A stretch of 64,000 nucleotides of DNA, from contig OZ024740.1 in assembly GCA_964016885.1 (NCBI GenBank), positions 42,966,001 to 43,030,000 of the forward strand, given 5' to 3'. This document shows positions 30,690 through 44,154 of this stretch, piece by piece. Both the position numbers and the translations under genes were made by a program. This stretch comes from Eledone cirrhosa. Its lineage: Eukaryota. Each line of letters starts with the position of its first letter. Position 1 is the stretch's first letter. The notes beneath the pieces were generated by a model. The model saw nothing but the letters and a program-made list of their open reading frames with translations. It was not told where the DNA came from and made no database searches.

Positions 30690-31708
30690 TACAAGCAGAG
30701 CGAAAATAAATCAGTACGTCTGAAAATTAGAGATAATGGTAAATTTCTCCGCTAGGCAGTGATTACATGTTCTGGATAGGGAAGAATTAAGGTAAGGAGA
30801 GGCGTTGCAAACCTTTCTCCAAGAAATGTTGTAGTTAATATGTTTGTCCTTTAAGGACCATATGAGTTCTGAGAGTGCTGTGTTAGTTCTTTTAAGTTGG
30901 TATCTAAAAGAAGAATTGTGATTATAAGATTTTGCCTTAAAGGAAGTGGAAGTGGAACCAAAATAGGTAAAAGAATTAGTACCAGTTATAACTTACATTC
31001 ATGCACTAAATGTTTATCAAGACATTGGTTACTAAGAGGACATTTAGTTCTAATAGGGCAATTGCAATTACGATTAGAGTAATTACCAAAGTTATTAGCA
31101 AGTGACCCAGTATTATTTATATAAGGAATTGAATTGGAGAAGTTACTTACGATAGGTGCTAAAGTTTCCTGATTTAGATTGGTATTATTAACATTCGACA
31201 AATTTACGTTTGACGTCGTATTTAAATTTACGGAATCTAGCCTAGAGTTAACATTGACGTCGGGCTTACTATTGTTATTATTATGACGCTCAGTGTTGGA
31301 TGGATATGATTTATTACTTAATATTTTAGTATTATGTTTTGAGATAATGTTAGAGATGTTGGAATTGGTGGAATAAGAGAATTTAATTGTATGCTTATTA
31401 AAGATCTTACTATAAATATGTGAAGGAGGGAAGCATTTATCTAAGGCCCTAAAATATAGTTCAGGAATATCATTAATAATAGATAGAGAAAAAGGAGCGT
31501 TGTACCAAATCATATTTTTATATCTAGATCTTTTCTTTATGCTATTGGAATGCTTATAACTAACTATATTACTATAAGTTCCTACATGATTGGTTTCTTT
31601 ACTGTATTTAATTTTGTCAGGATAACCGGCTCTGGAAAGCGCATTGTTGTAATAATTGACTTTAGCGTCAAAGATAAGTTTATTGGCTTTAACGTCAAAG
31701 ATAAGTGT
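30690..31708 (-). pseudogene. Penelope-like GIY-YIG region (frameshifted)
   Basis: YYNNALSRAGY...IWYNAPFS...CNCPIRTKCPLSNQC...YFGST...LSELIWSLKD...CNHCLAEK. Confidence 0.85.
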
Positions 31709-31713
31709 ATCCT

Positions 31714-32492
<779 letters not shown>

Positions 32493-32542
32493 ATATGTAA
32501 AACGAAGAATCAGTGATGCATCGGAACAGAATTTATTACGTA

Positions 32543-33527
32543 CTAGCAGTAAAGCCCGGCGTTGCTCGGGGTCGCTCAGTAGCTGTGTTAAAGTTACAAT
32601 GTTAAGTTTCTTTTTTGGCTTAAAAACTGTAGTGTCTACTGTGCAGACTTGCATGTGGTGTTTTTGATTAATATTCCCTCAACCAACAATATGCCTTATG
32701 AAGTTAAGAAAACATAACGATAACCCGAATGTTATAACAAAAGAGGATGCTGGGGATAAAAACTGCACTGGTTATTTATTAACAAAGATCGAAAATGTAA
32801 ACACTGCAACGCAGAGAAAAACATTAGCGTAACCAAATTATCAGTTATGTCTGTCTGCACGCCTATATCACCTCTCTGCACGACTGTCTGTCTGCACGCC
32901 TATATCACCTCTCTGCACGACTGTCTGTCTGCACGCCTATATCACCTCTCTGCACGACTGTCTGTCTGCACGCCTATATCACCTCTCTGCACGACTATCT
33001 GTCTGCACGCGTATATCACCTCTCTGCACGACTGTCTGTCTGCACGACTGTCTGTCTGCACGCCTAACGACGAAATATTTGCTTGTTTTACGTAGTCTTT
33101 AAATAGACTTGTTTTCAAGTAAAAATATTGTTTTAAAATGCTTTTAAATGGAAATGAAGCAAAACGGAAGCTTAGTGTTCGAACTGATGAATTTTGCAGG
33201 TCAATATTTTGCTGGCTCGACTACTGTTCGTGTATTGTGTTAATATCATTTTAAACGATGAGAAAGCCAGCGTAATTTTTTACGTAAGACGCTCAATGTA
33301 AACAGAACAAAGGGAAATAACTGATAACCTACGCTCAAAAATCGATACATTATATTCGATTTCGTCACATAGGGTGGGTCAATTTGAAGTATTTTTTTTC
33401 CGATGTCTTCGCTAGGGCTCAATGTACAAGTATAGCAATTTTGGTGCAATTCCGTCAGAGATTCTAAGAGGAGATGTGTGCCAAAAATCGATAGACAGAC
33501 AGACAACCACAGTTTTATATATATAGA
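32543..33527 (-). mobile_element. Complete non-autonomous Helitron
   Basis: 5' TCTATATATATAAAA; 3' hairpin CCCGAGCAACGCCGGG then CTAG; inserted between A and T with no TSD, as shown by the uninterrupted mirror arm. Confidence 0.88.
32848..33065. repeat. 37-bp tandem repeat inside the Helitron (~5.5 copies)
   Basis: Unit TGTCTGTCTGCACGCCTATATCACCTCTCTGCACGAC. Confidence 0.9.
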
Positions 33528-33905
33528 TTACAATTGTTTCTCCGGCGAACAGCTCGAGGTGCGATCTGTTTGTGGATCCAACTTGACTCTGGATTCGCAA
33601 GTTACTAAGGTTGAACTCCTCAGAAGATTTGCTTCGAAATCACTAGACGTATCTGAGGAACTTCCGAATCCAGAGTCAGGTTCGATCCACAAACAAATCG
33701 CACCTCGAGCTGTTCGCCGGAGAAACAATTATAATACGTAATTAATTGTGTTCCGATGCATCACTGATTCTTCGTTTTCCATAATATTATACTCTGCTCC
33801 GAAGGAGGATAGAATCCTCAACTGGTATACCGCCTATGGATGCATCCAAGCACCCCTACTACTAATATCTATCTATCTCTCTCTCTCTCTATATATATAT
33901 ATCTT

Positions 33906-33939
<34 letters not shown>

Positions 33940-34258
33940 GTCTTCGCCCCCATTACTTGGAGAGTCCTGAAAGTAGAGCCCTTAGACATGCCTTCCATAT
34001 AGTCGTATCGGATGCAGCGCCTATGGATGTCATCCAACTATCTTACTCATGGTTTACCTCTGGGTCTCCTGCCGCTTGGTCTTAGCCGTAACATCCATTC
34101 GCCGATACTTCACCTAGACATTATAACCACAGAAGTAGCCGCTCTACCTGGTACAACTCAATGATCTCAGAGATACGAACACTATCGAGTAACGTCACTC
34201 TAAAACCTTTCGGAGGAACCCCATTTCCGCAGTCTATGTTTACGATCGCATTTTTTCA
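33940..34258 (-). mobile_element. 3' fragment of an RTE-type LINE
   Basis: Minus-strand PSGRRPRGKP*VR*LDDI resembles the RTE ORF C-terminus. Confidence 0.6.
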
Positions 34259-34296
34259 TTCACACACACATATATATATATATATACATACACACT

Positions 34297-34338
<42 letters not shown>

Positions 34339-34348
34339 CATACACACT

Positions 34349-34456
<108 letters not shown>

Positions 34457-34479
34457 AGTGTGTGTGTGCGTGTGTGTGC

Positions 34480-34511
<32 letters not shown>

Positions 34512-37239
34512 AAGCACATTTAGAATTCAGTCTTTCGCTCTAACATAGCGGATACGTAAATGCATTCGTGAGTTTATATCGAATAATAATAATATTCAAT
34601 TCGTTTGCAAGCAAACAGCCTCATTGAGTTATGTTTTTAAGATGACTATCGCCATCTTTTTGTTCTAGTGTGTTGTACGACAAAATAGAGATAATACAAT
34701 CTTGACAAGGGGTATATATATATGAACACACACATACATACATATTTACACATACATATATACCCGCATATATGTACAAACATATATGTACAAACATACA
34801 CGCATATGCACATTTGTCTTCACAGATGGGCATGCAACAAATCCTCAAGCATCCATTAATTCACTAATAGGGCTAATTATCGGAAATATGTGTTCTTGAA
34901 AAATGTATTTTTCTAAAATGTCCATATAGACAATTACATGTATATTAAAAGACAGTTATATGAACACTTAAATACATTCAACGAAAAAGTAAGCCCATGT
35001 ATGGTAATGTTTAGCAAATCATCTGTACACGTAAGTTCGTATTCCGATTTACGATAATGTCCAATATATCTTATAGAGTACCCCTTCCTATCTTATTAAG
35101 TAAAGTTCGATATGCTAGAGAGCCATACCGGTTAGAAAGAAAGGTACTCATTTTGGTGGGTGGTACTATGAGGAAGTAAGAGATTATGTATGAGACTACT
35201 TGCTATCTAAAAATATATCGGAACTGTATTTCCTGGGTTACAGTATCTGTATATATAACTATCTCTTATATAAATATCTAGGGTTTAGAATTTACTGGAG
35301 GTGTTACATTTAAGGATACTACAGCGTCTTTCCTAATATATCAAGCTGTAATATAAATTCGTGTTTAAAGTGTTACTAATAAAGTTTAGTAATTTCTAAG
35401 TAAGAAATAAGGTGAAAGATTTAGTTTTAGCATTTGTATTTGGGTTTAATAATTCTGATCTTCCTACTTATCCGAAAAACTTAATAGATGTGACTGAAAT
35501 ATTATAAAACATGTAATTTTCTTTATCTTTACAGGAAGGCTTTGTGGTGAAGAAACTCGTCTGGCAACTAAGTGTTTTTAGTTTGGATTCAACTACGTTT
35601 CATTTTAAATGAAGTTTAGTAAATTGATATTGTGTTGAAGCCCAGCCGATGGACCATTTCTGTAGGTAGATGGTCGATTTAATGTGATCGAACCGAGAAA
35701 CACGTGTTGAAGTGAAGCTCTTAAACAACGGCTATGTTTTTATTATCATGTACATAAACAAATATTTTGAAGAAATAAAACAAACTATTTTTTGAATATA
35801 AAAAACAACCATCTATATTGAATGTTATTTTACGCAAAGATCTTAGTCTCTTGATATTATATTTTAATATCATTTTATATCTTTATATCTAGATTATAAA
35901 TATAAATCAACTTTGAATTACAGTTCCTCCCTTCAAATGATCCATCAATCCTTCTTCTTAATTTGATAGAATTGCTGGAAAATAACATAACATTGATATC
36001 GTTCGTAATTTCGAAATATATTGATTTCCAGTTTTCAGAACAGCGAATTTTTTTGCATTAACAAAGATATACGAGCCTAATATAAGTAGGCAGACTTATT
36101 AATCAAATTACATCAGTGGGATATCTGGATGGAAATGTGATTAAAAGATAGACATTACTCTAGGTATATTTAGATATGTGTGTAACTAGGGTAGGAAAAT
36201 ACCGATTGAGAAATAATTAATGTTTAAAATAAGATATTCTAATATCGTAAAGTATAAAGTAAAACACAAGTAAAAACATAAATGCTACTAGCAGTAAATG
36301 GTTTGCTTTAAATGATTGCTTTGGCACCAGTTACTGATATATGGACTGAACAATATAGATCTCTGTACAACACAAGTGAGCTTAACATTTTATATAAAGA
36401 TCTGCTAATTGTAATGCCATGAAGTGTAGGAGCTAATGAATGCTAAATATTGCTTAATGAATGCTAAATATTGCTTACATGAAAATATTTGCTCGGAAGT
36501 TTTATTAAGTTGAGAATTTATCTACAAACTGGATATTATGAATAGTTTGTGATCAAAATATACATTTTTGTTAAGAACATTATCTTGGGTGGATGCTGTG
36601 AAAAGCCAGCTGAAAACTGGAAATAATCCATTTTTTCCCGTTCAAAATCCATACGATTTACCGAAAAGATTATGCTAATATCTATTTGTTGGATCAATTG
36701 TGCAGACCAGCTTAACCTTAATAGGTCTGATACTGAAATGGTTGCATTTGATGAGGAATATTGATTTTAATGAGTTCCGATATTGCTGCTAAGCGAATAT
36801 ATGGTAGTAAGAAGATACAGGTGATGTAAAACGTTACTTTTACCTAGAATACGGGAACGAAACAAGTTCGAATTAATGAAGTATATTATCAATCAAATGA
36901 TAAGTGACTGACGATTAAATATGCATAATAAATGAGAAGAAATGTGTGGTCCCAATATTCAACATAATTCATAAACCGATATTCCATCCGGCTAACAAGA
37001 GTAGTTAAATGATCACTTTCTTTTAATTAGGGACGAATGCCCGAAACAATATAACTTAAGTGGCGTTTTTGTGTGTGATTGTATGAAATATTAGTAACAT
37101 ATATAAGTACATACTGGTTCGATTGATAAAAGTATATTTTCATTAAACTACTCACTTGATTATATACATGCAAAGTTCCAAATTATATCGTGTTTTCCCA
37201 CAGTGGCACATATTTTGACATATTAAGACAATATATTTC

Positions 37240-37680
37240 ATAGTTAAATAATGCATCACCACTGGAACCAACTGGACTCAACCGTGGCGATGGTAATCGC
37301 CCCGAGAGAATAAGCCTCTTTCCATTTATGAAAGGTAAATCTATAATCTGAATGCGACGTGTTATGACACATCCTCTGCTACAAGGCATGTCGCTTCGGC
37401 CGCAAATCAGGGCATCGCCGTCTGCAATACAGAGGAGAGGAAGATAAACAAATAGAAGGTTTCTGGTACCACTTCTTTATCATACCGGTTTCCGTCGCGA
37501 CCTCTGGTGTCCTCGGTCCCCGCTCGAAATGGAAATGACTGTAGCTTGCCTGAGGAAGGAGCTTGCCTAAGAAGGGGAGGCTGTTGCAGAGGGTGTCGCT
37601 GGCAATGCCAACTTCATTTTTTCTGCGAGGAACGGCCGAATTATCATTCAGACTGCAAATAATGCGTTGGTAATTAGAAA
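37240..37680 (+). pseudogene. CRE-like non-LTR retrotransposon, restriction-like endonuclease remnant
   Basis: LEPTGLNRGDGNRPE..SLFPF.KGKSII*..TCYDT, IPVSVATSGVLGP and LLQRVSLA match the RLE domain pattern; the element may extend upstream. Confidence 0.6.
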
Positions 37681-37711
37681 ACCTTTGTTGAAACACGTAT
37701 AAATATTCATG

Positions 37712-38030
<319 letters not shown>

Positions 38031-38378
38031 ATATATATATGTGTGTTATTCATGAAAATTATGGGCATATAACATCATATATATTAGCAATGGGCTCCGA
38101 ACCTCAGAAATGAGTATGGGATAAGATCAGACCAGGCTAGTGTGTGTGTATACATAGAAATACACACACGCATATATACTCATACGTACGTATGGAAATA
38201 TCTAAGCATGTAGAGTTGAATGCAATTGCAGAGATAAATATCATAAAATACTTGGTTCTTAAATGGGAATACATCTTTCGAATATATAAACGTATTACTA
38301 TGTTTTAATTCTTTCCATACGTCCAACAAATAAGTGAATTCTGGGTACAAAACAAAATTCCAGCATTAATATTTAGAT

Positions 38379-38955
38379 TGGATTGGCAGTATCGGTAGAG
38401 GGCCGGATGCCATGCTTTAACGCCTTGCCATTCTGAGTTCAAATCCCGCCGAGGTTAACTTTGCCTTTCATCCTTACGGGGTCGATAAAATAAAGTACCA
38501 GTAATACACTGGTAATTGCTGCCCTTGTGCCAAAAGTAGGAACAATTAATATTTAGATAAAACAGCAGTATGAAGTTAAATATTGAATTGCAGTAATGTC
38601 TTTCTTGTTACGGCCCTTTACGTTTTGAGTTCAAATCCCGCCGAGGTTAGCTTTGCCTTTCATCCTTACGGGTTCGTTAAAAAAAACACCAGTTATGCAC
38701 TAGGGATTTACTCAACTTTCTCCTTCCCTTCAAATTGCTTGCCTTGTGCCTATAGTAAAAATCATTGGTGGACTGGCACTATCGATGAAGGGTCGGACGC
38801 CATGCTTTGCAGCACAGTTGCGTCCCTTTACTGACTGAGTTCAAATCCCGCCGAGGTTAACTTTGCCTTTCATCCTTACGGGGTCGATAAAATAAAGTAC
38901 CAGTAATACACTGGGATAATTGCTGTCCTTGTGCCAAAAAGTAGAAACAATTATT
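38379..38955 (+). mobile_element. Cluster of three family-2 SINEs
   Basis: Conserved SINE body; the first copy is flanked by the TSD attaatatttagat. Confidence 0.85.
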
Positions 38956-39416
38956 TATGCCGGAATGTAATATGCTCAACGTCAGAAATAATTTTAATAT
39001 TTATCGCTGGACAGTCTTTGCTTGTGCATTGTACGAGTATACTGTTTTAGCAAGAAGATTGCTTTATATTGTTTGGTGGTATCTTATGTGGAACATTCAA
39101 CTTTTAGATGAATGAGTGAGATTCATCAAACATACTTACGTTTACTACAAAAGAAAACATTTTCTTATTTACACCTATTTAGATTATGTGTATTTTCATT
39201 CGATATGTATATTGCTCTAAATGGATTCAAACGTGGCACCCTAATTTTAAACCCTAAGTAGTGACGTTTTAATGCAGGGCATGAGTACATTTCAATGCTA
39301 TCTTTGCAATGATATTTATAAAAAAAACTTATCAGACCTCAATAAGCGTGGACCTAATACCTTTCGTAACTTTTACTCCTGTGTTATAATTTTTTACTTT
39401 CCCATATACATACATA

Positions 39417-40153
<737 letters not shown>

Positions 40154-40749
40154 ACATTTGGGGAGAGTCATATTTTTATAATATTGCCAGAAATAATAAC
40201 AGAACGCACTCACTTTTTGGTTTGGATTGGTTTTTGCTTCTGTATCTTTTATATCTCCATAGTTAATTTATCTGCCAATCAATGTTTCTCATTGATTGAC
40301 CAACGATTAAAGATATAGATATAAATATATATATATCGTCTATCAAAGTTCTCTCATAACAGACCTGTGACATTACCAGTGGTACTATTATGTTTCCTCC
40401 TGTTGTATTGTAATGTCTACGCCCTTTTTATTTTATTTATTTATTTATTCTTGTCTCTGTCTCTGCGCATGCGTTTGCGTGCGTGTTTTCTCTTTGGTGT
40501 GTGTGTTCGTGCCTGAGTTTATGTGTGTTTGTAAACTATCTCTGTTCACTAGTGTGTGTTTATGTGTGTTTGTTGTTATTGTACTTGTGTATATTTATTT
40601 ATTTATTTATATTTACCATAGGTCAGTATTGTGTGTTTGGGTATGGTTGTTGTTGTTATTCCATTCGTTTTTTATGTTCTACTTTTGTTTTCTTAGCTCT
40701 ATTTCAGTTGTTTCTCTGGTTTGTCTACCTGTTGAGTCATTTCTATGTT

Positions 40750-41176
40750 TAGATATTATTCTAATTTCTATGTTGTCTATATTACTATCATGTCTTTTCG
40801 TGGTTTTAGTTCACCCCAGTGTTGGTCTATTCTCTCTCCTATGCTCAAAGCTGTCTCTCATATGTATGTCTTTGTCATATTTCTGCAAGTACCATTTGTA
40901 CATCTTATGCTATAGACTACATTTCTAGTTTTACAATTTATTTGAGGATTTATTCTACATATAACACATTTCTTATTAGTACAGTGGGTTTTCTTAAAGG
41001 GGCAAGTTTTGCTGATCAGGGATTTTATAATCGTGCCCGGTTTTTCTAACACTTTAATCTTTAGATGCGTCTTTCTTAGCGTCTCTCTAAATTGGTTAGC
41101 TAATTTCCCTCCAGGGGCTGCATCCACGAACATGACACTCTGGTTGTCATACCATGAAGTGGCTTTCCCTATTCCC

Positions 41177-41180
<4 letters not shown>
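40750..41180 (-). pseudogene. Penelope-like (Neptune-type) linker Zn-finger/GIY-YIG fragment
   Basis: VMFVDAAPGGKLA...LKIKVLEKPG..IKSLI...C..C..C...CKTRNVVYSIRC...C...YI*ET. Confidence 0.75.
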
Positions 41181-41250
<70 letters not shown>

Positions 41251-41258
<8 letters not shown>

Positions 41259-42120
41259 GACGTAAAATAAGAAAATTATAAAAATTAACTTACTTACTAA
41301 AATTTCACTCCAACTAATTAACTTCTGAAAGGGAATAAACATGGTTTCCGAATGGAGCAACATGGAGAATGCCTTTCGTCATCAGGAAGTCAATTCTCAG
41401 CTAAGTTTCCAGGCGATGCGTGGACACAGGGAACTTATACAAAAATAATTCAGTGGATGGAAAAAAGCAAACGAGGACTAAATTCCAAGACATTGAAAAA
41501 ATCACTGCCTACTTGGTCGGTGGTAAATTCAAAAGAATCAATCACGTGACGTCGAAGTTAATCAGTGAGGAGTGGGGTGTTAAGAAGACAGTAGCCGAAC
41601 TATTACTATGAACTATAGTAGCAGTTTTGGCAAATTTTTGCTCAACAAAATAATTTGGAGTTAATTATAAAGAATTTGTATATCTACCAACATATATATA
41701 CAGATGCATACCTATGCTAGCAAATATATAGGTTTTTTCTTAGTAACTTTGTGGTTCAAAGCAAGGGGATGCAGAAAATTATATGAAAGACGTAAAATAA
41801 GAAAATTATAAAAATTAACTTACTTACTAACATTTCCCTCCAATTAATTAGTTTCTGAAAGGGAATAAACATGGTTTCCGAATGGAACAACATGGAGAAT
41901 GCCTTTCGTCATCAGGAAGTCAATTCTCAGCTAAGTTTCCAGGCGATGCGTGGACACAGGGAACTTATACAAAAATAATTCAGTGGATGGAAAAAAGCAA
42001 GCGAGGACTAAATTCCAAGACATTGAAAAAATCACTGCCTACTTGGTCGGTGGCAAATTCAAAAGATTCAATCACGTAACATCGAGGTTAATCAGTGAGG
42101 AGTGGGTATGTTAAGAATAC
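41251..42120 (-). mobile_element. Partial tandem unit J (530-bp period) with hammerhead-like core
   Basis: 41251-41590 is repeated at 41781-42120. Minus strand reads CTGATGA-CGAA...TTCG-GAAAC; stems I and III are not cleanly resolved. Confidence 0.65.
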
Positions 42121-42511
42121 ATATATATATATATATATTTCTATCTATCTCTGGGATGGACACACGCGTGAAACTTCCTGAGTAACTTCTGCTTAAATTT
42201 CTATAGAAATTCTTGACTGTAAACCTTCATTTTTGTACCCTTTTGTAGAGGGACTGCCAGGTCAAATTTTGATCTGGTCAGTCTCTCAAAATAGTCTACG
42301 CCTTTAGGCGAAATAGTTAACAAAAGGTTTTTTTTTGAAAAGCTAACATTTTTTAAAAATCGCTGAAGCTTCTTCACCAATATTCGAAGGAGGAAAGGGG
42401 AAGATATGCTTACAGCTTCCCCCTGCCACTGTCACAGTAGCAGAGGTTAAAGACAAAGGTCAGCCAGAGGAAGGATTTTTTCCACCTGCTGTCCGACAAC
42501 TTGACGTTGCC

Positions 42512-43970
42512 ATGGCAACAAACCAAACAACAAGCAGCACCAGCAACAACAACAACAACAATGCTACGGATGAAAACAACACCAACAACAATAACAATAA
42601 CAACAAGACCAATAACTGTGATAACAACAACAATGATAACAACACCACCAATTACAACATCAACACGAACAAGGAAAAGGTCTCCTTCGCCCAGACGGCA
42701 AGGAAAACCCTCGACTATCTGCCAGTAGATATAACCAAAGCGAAGGAGCTACTGGCAGATGCCAAAAAATATATAGTGTACGGGGAAAATGGATCATTTT
42801 GGATCCCCCCCCCCCCGGAACAAAAATGCCAGAGACTCCTAACAATGTCATGTTTAGGACAGTCTCAAACAAAAGCAAAAAACCAGCTCAACCATCACAG
42901 AGTGACATAGAGCTGGTTTTAAAAGATGTCATGAAAGACATCATATTCATTCAGAAGGATAGCCTCTACGGGAGTCAATCCATTCTCATGAAGGACAGGG
43001 ACACAGCAGTGAAACTGTCCATAAAACCAATTACATCCACCGCATACACCTACCCTACGTACATGGGTAGAAGGACACAAAAAATAAAAATTCACACCAT
43101 CCTGCCGATTATGGACATATGGTGGGTTTTGACAAGTTTCCTGAACCTAGACGATGACACACTAATATCCATGGGAAAGGCATCGGGTGACGCGTTCAGT
43201 GGAACGAGCCTGGAACTTGTAGTTCAAATGAGGCCCGAAAGGATCGCCCAGATCCCTGAACGCGTCATACTGGATGATCAAACTTTTATCAACATTACCG
43301 TTGAGGGTAGGCGGCCCTCGTGTTACCTCTGTGGAGCCAAAGGTCACCTGAGTGCTGTCTGTCCTCAACTTAAAAAGAAAACCCCAATCCTGCCTACACC
43401 ACCAACAACTGCACAACCAACACAATCACCACAACCACCACTACAAAATCAACAACCACAGCTCAAACCAAAACAAAACAATGTCCAACCCATCGCCCCC
43501 ACTAAAAAAAAAAAATTTCCAAAACACCCGCACCGCAAACACGACCCGAAAATCTACCCCTCCCCTCCAACGCGGAAGATGACCCTCGTCCGTCGTCAGA
43601 CGAGGAGGAGCACTTCCACATAATAAAAAAAAAAGAAAACACAGCTCAGACACACAAATGAAAACAACCCCTCCCCAAAACATAACACTGACACCAACAC
43701 AAAAGAGCACACAACAGCAAACAAAAAACACCACACAAAAACAAAAACATGCATACACATACATAAACACAAGAAATAAAAAACTGTTAAACATTGTGTA
43801 CAACAACAATTTAATAAAAACCCAAGGGCCTAACTTCACCCAGGCAGGGGATTTCCCCCACCTCAAAATGATTAAGGCCCCAGAGGACACATATAAAACA
43901 CTAAAAAACAACTTTAAAGAGGACGTGGGACCTCCTGCGTCGGGCCCATTAACCGCGTCCACCTAAACAA
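42512..43970 (+). pseudogene. LINE ORF1 (gag-like, CCHC knuckle), frameshifted
   Basis: CYLCGAKGHLSAVC; frame breaks at poly-C ~42805 and poly-A ~43505. Confidence 0.8.
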
Positions 43971-44154
43971 CTACCCCACCCCCTCCCCAAACACCCACAC
44001 AACTCCAAACACCCCAACCAGACAACACACTGATGCCCCTACACTTCCACAAACCACCACCCCACCCAACAACCCATCCCCCACCCTCATGGAAATTGCG
44101 CAGCCCGATACCCGGGACGCAGAGAGGTAAGTGCCTTTTCTCTTCACCACCAAC

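Larger units (their letters stand above)
32495..33790. mobile_element. Foldback element (pLTR-like) interrupted by a Helitron
   Basis: 32495-32542 plus 33528-33625 together mirror 33654-33790. Confidence 0.75.

Noticed and set aside
33615-33662. Possible hammerhead at the foldback centre (cagaaga...gaaa...gta)
   Set aside because: No consistent stem II or III; the apparent stem I is just the inversion arms.
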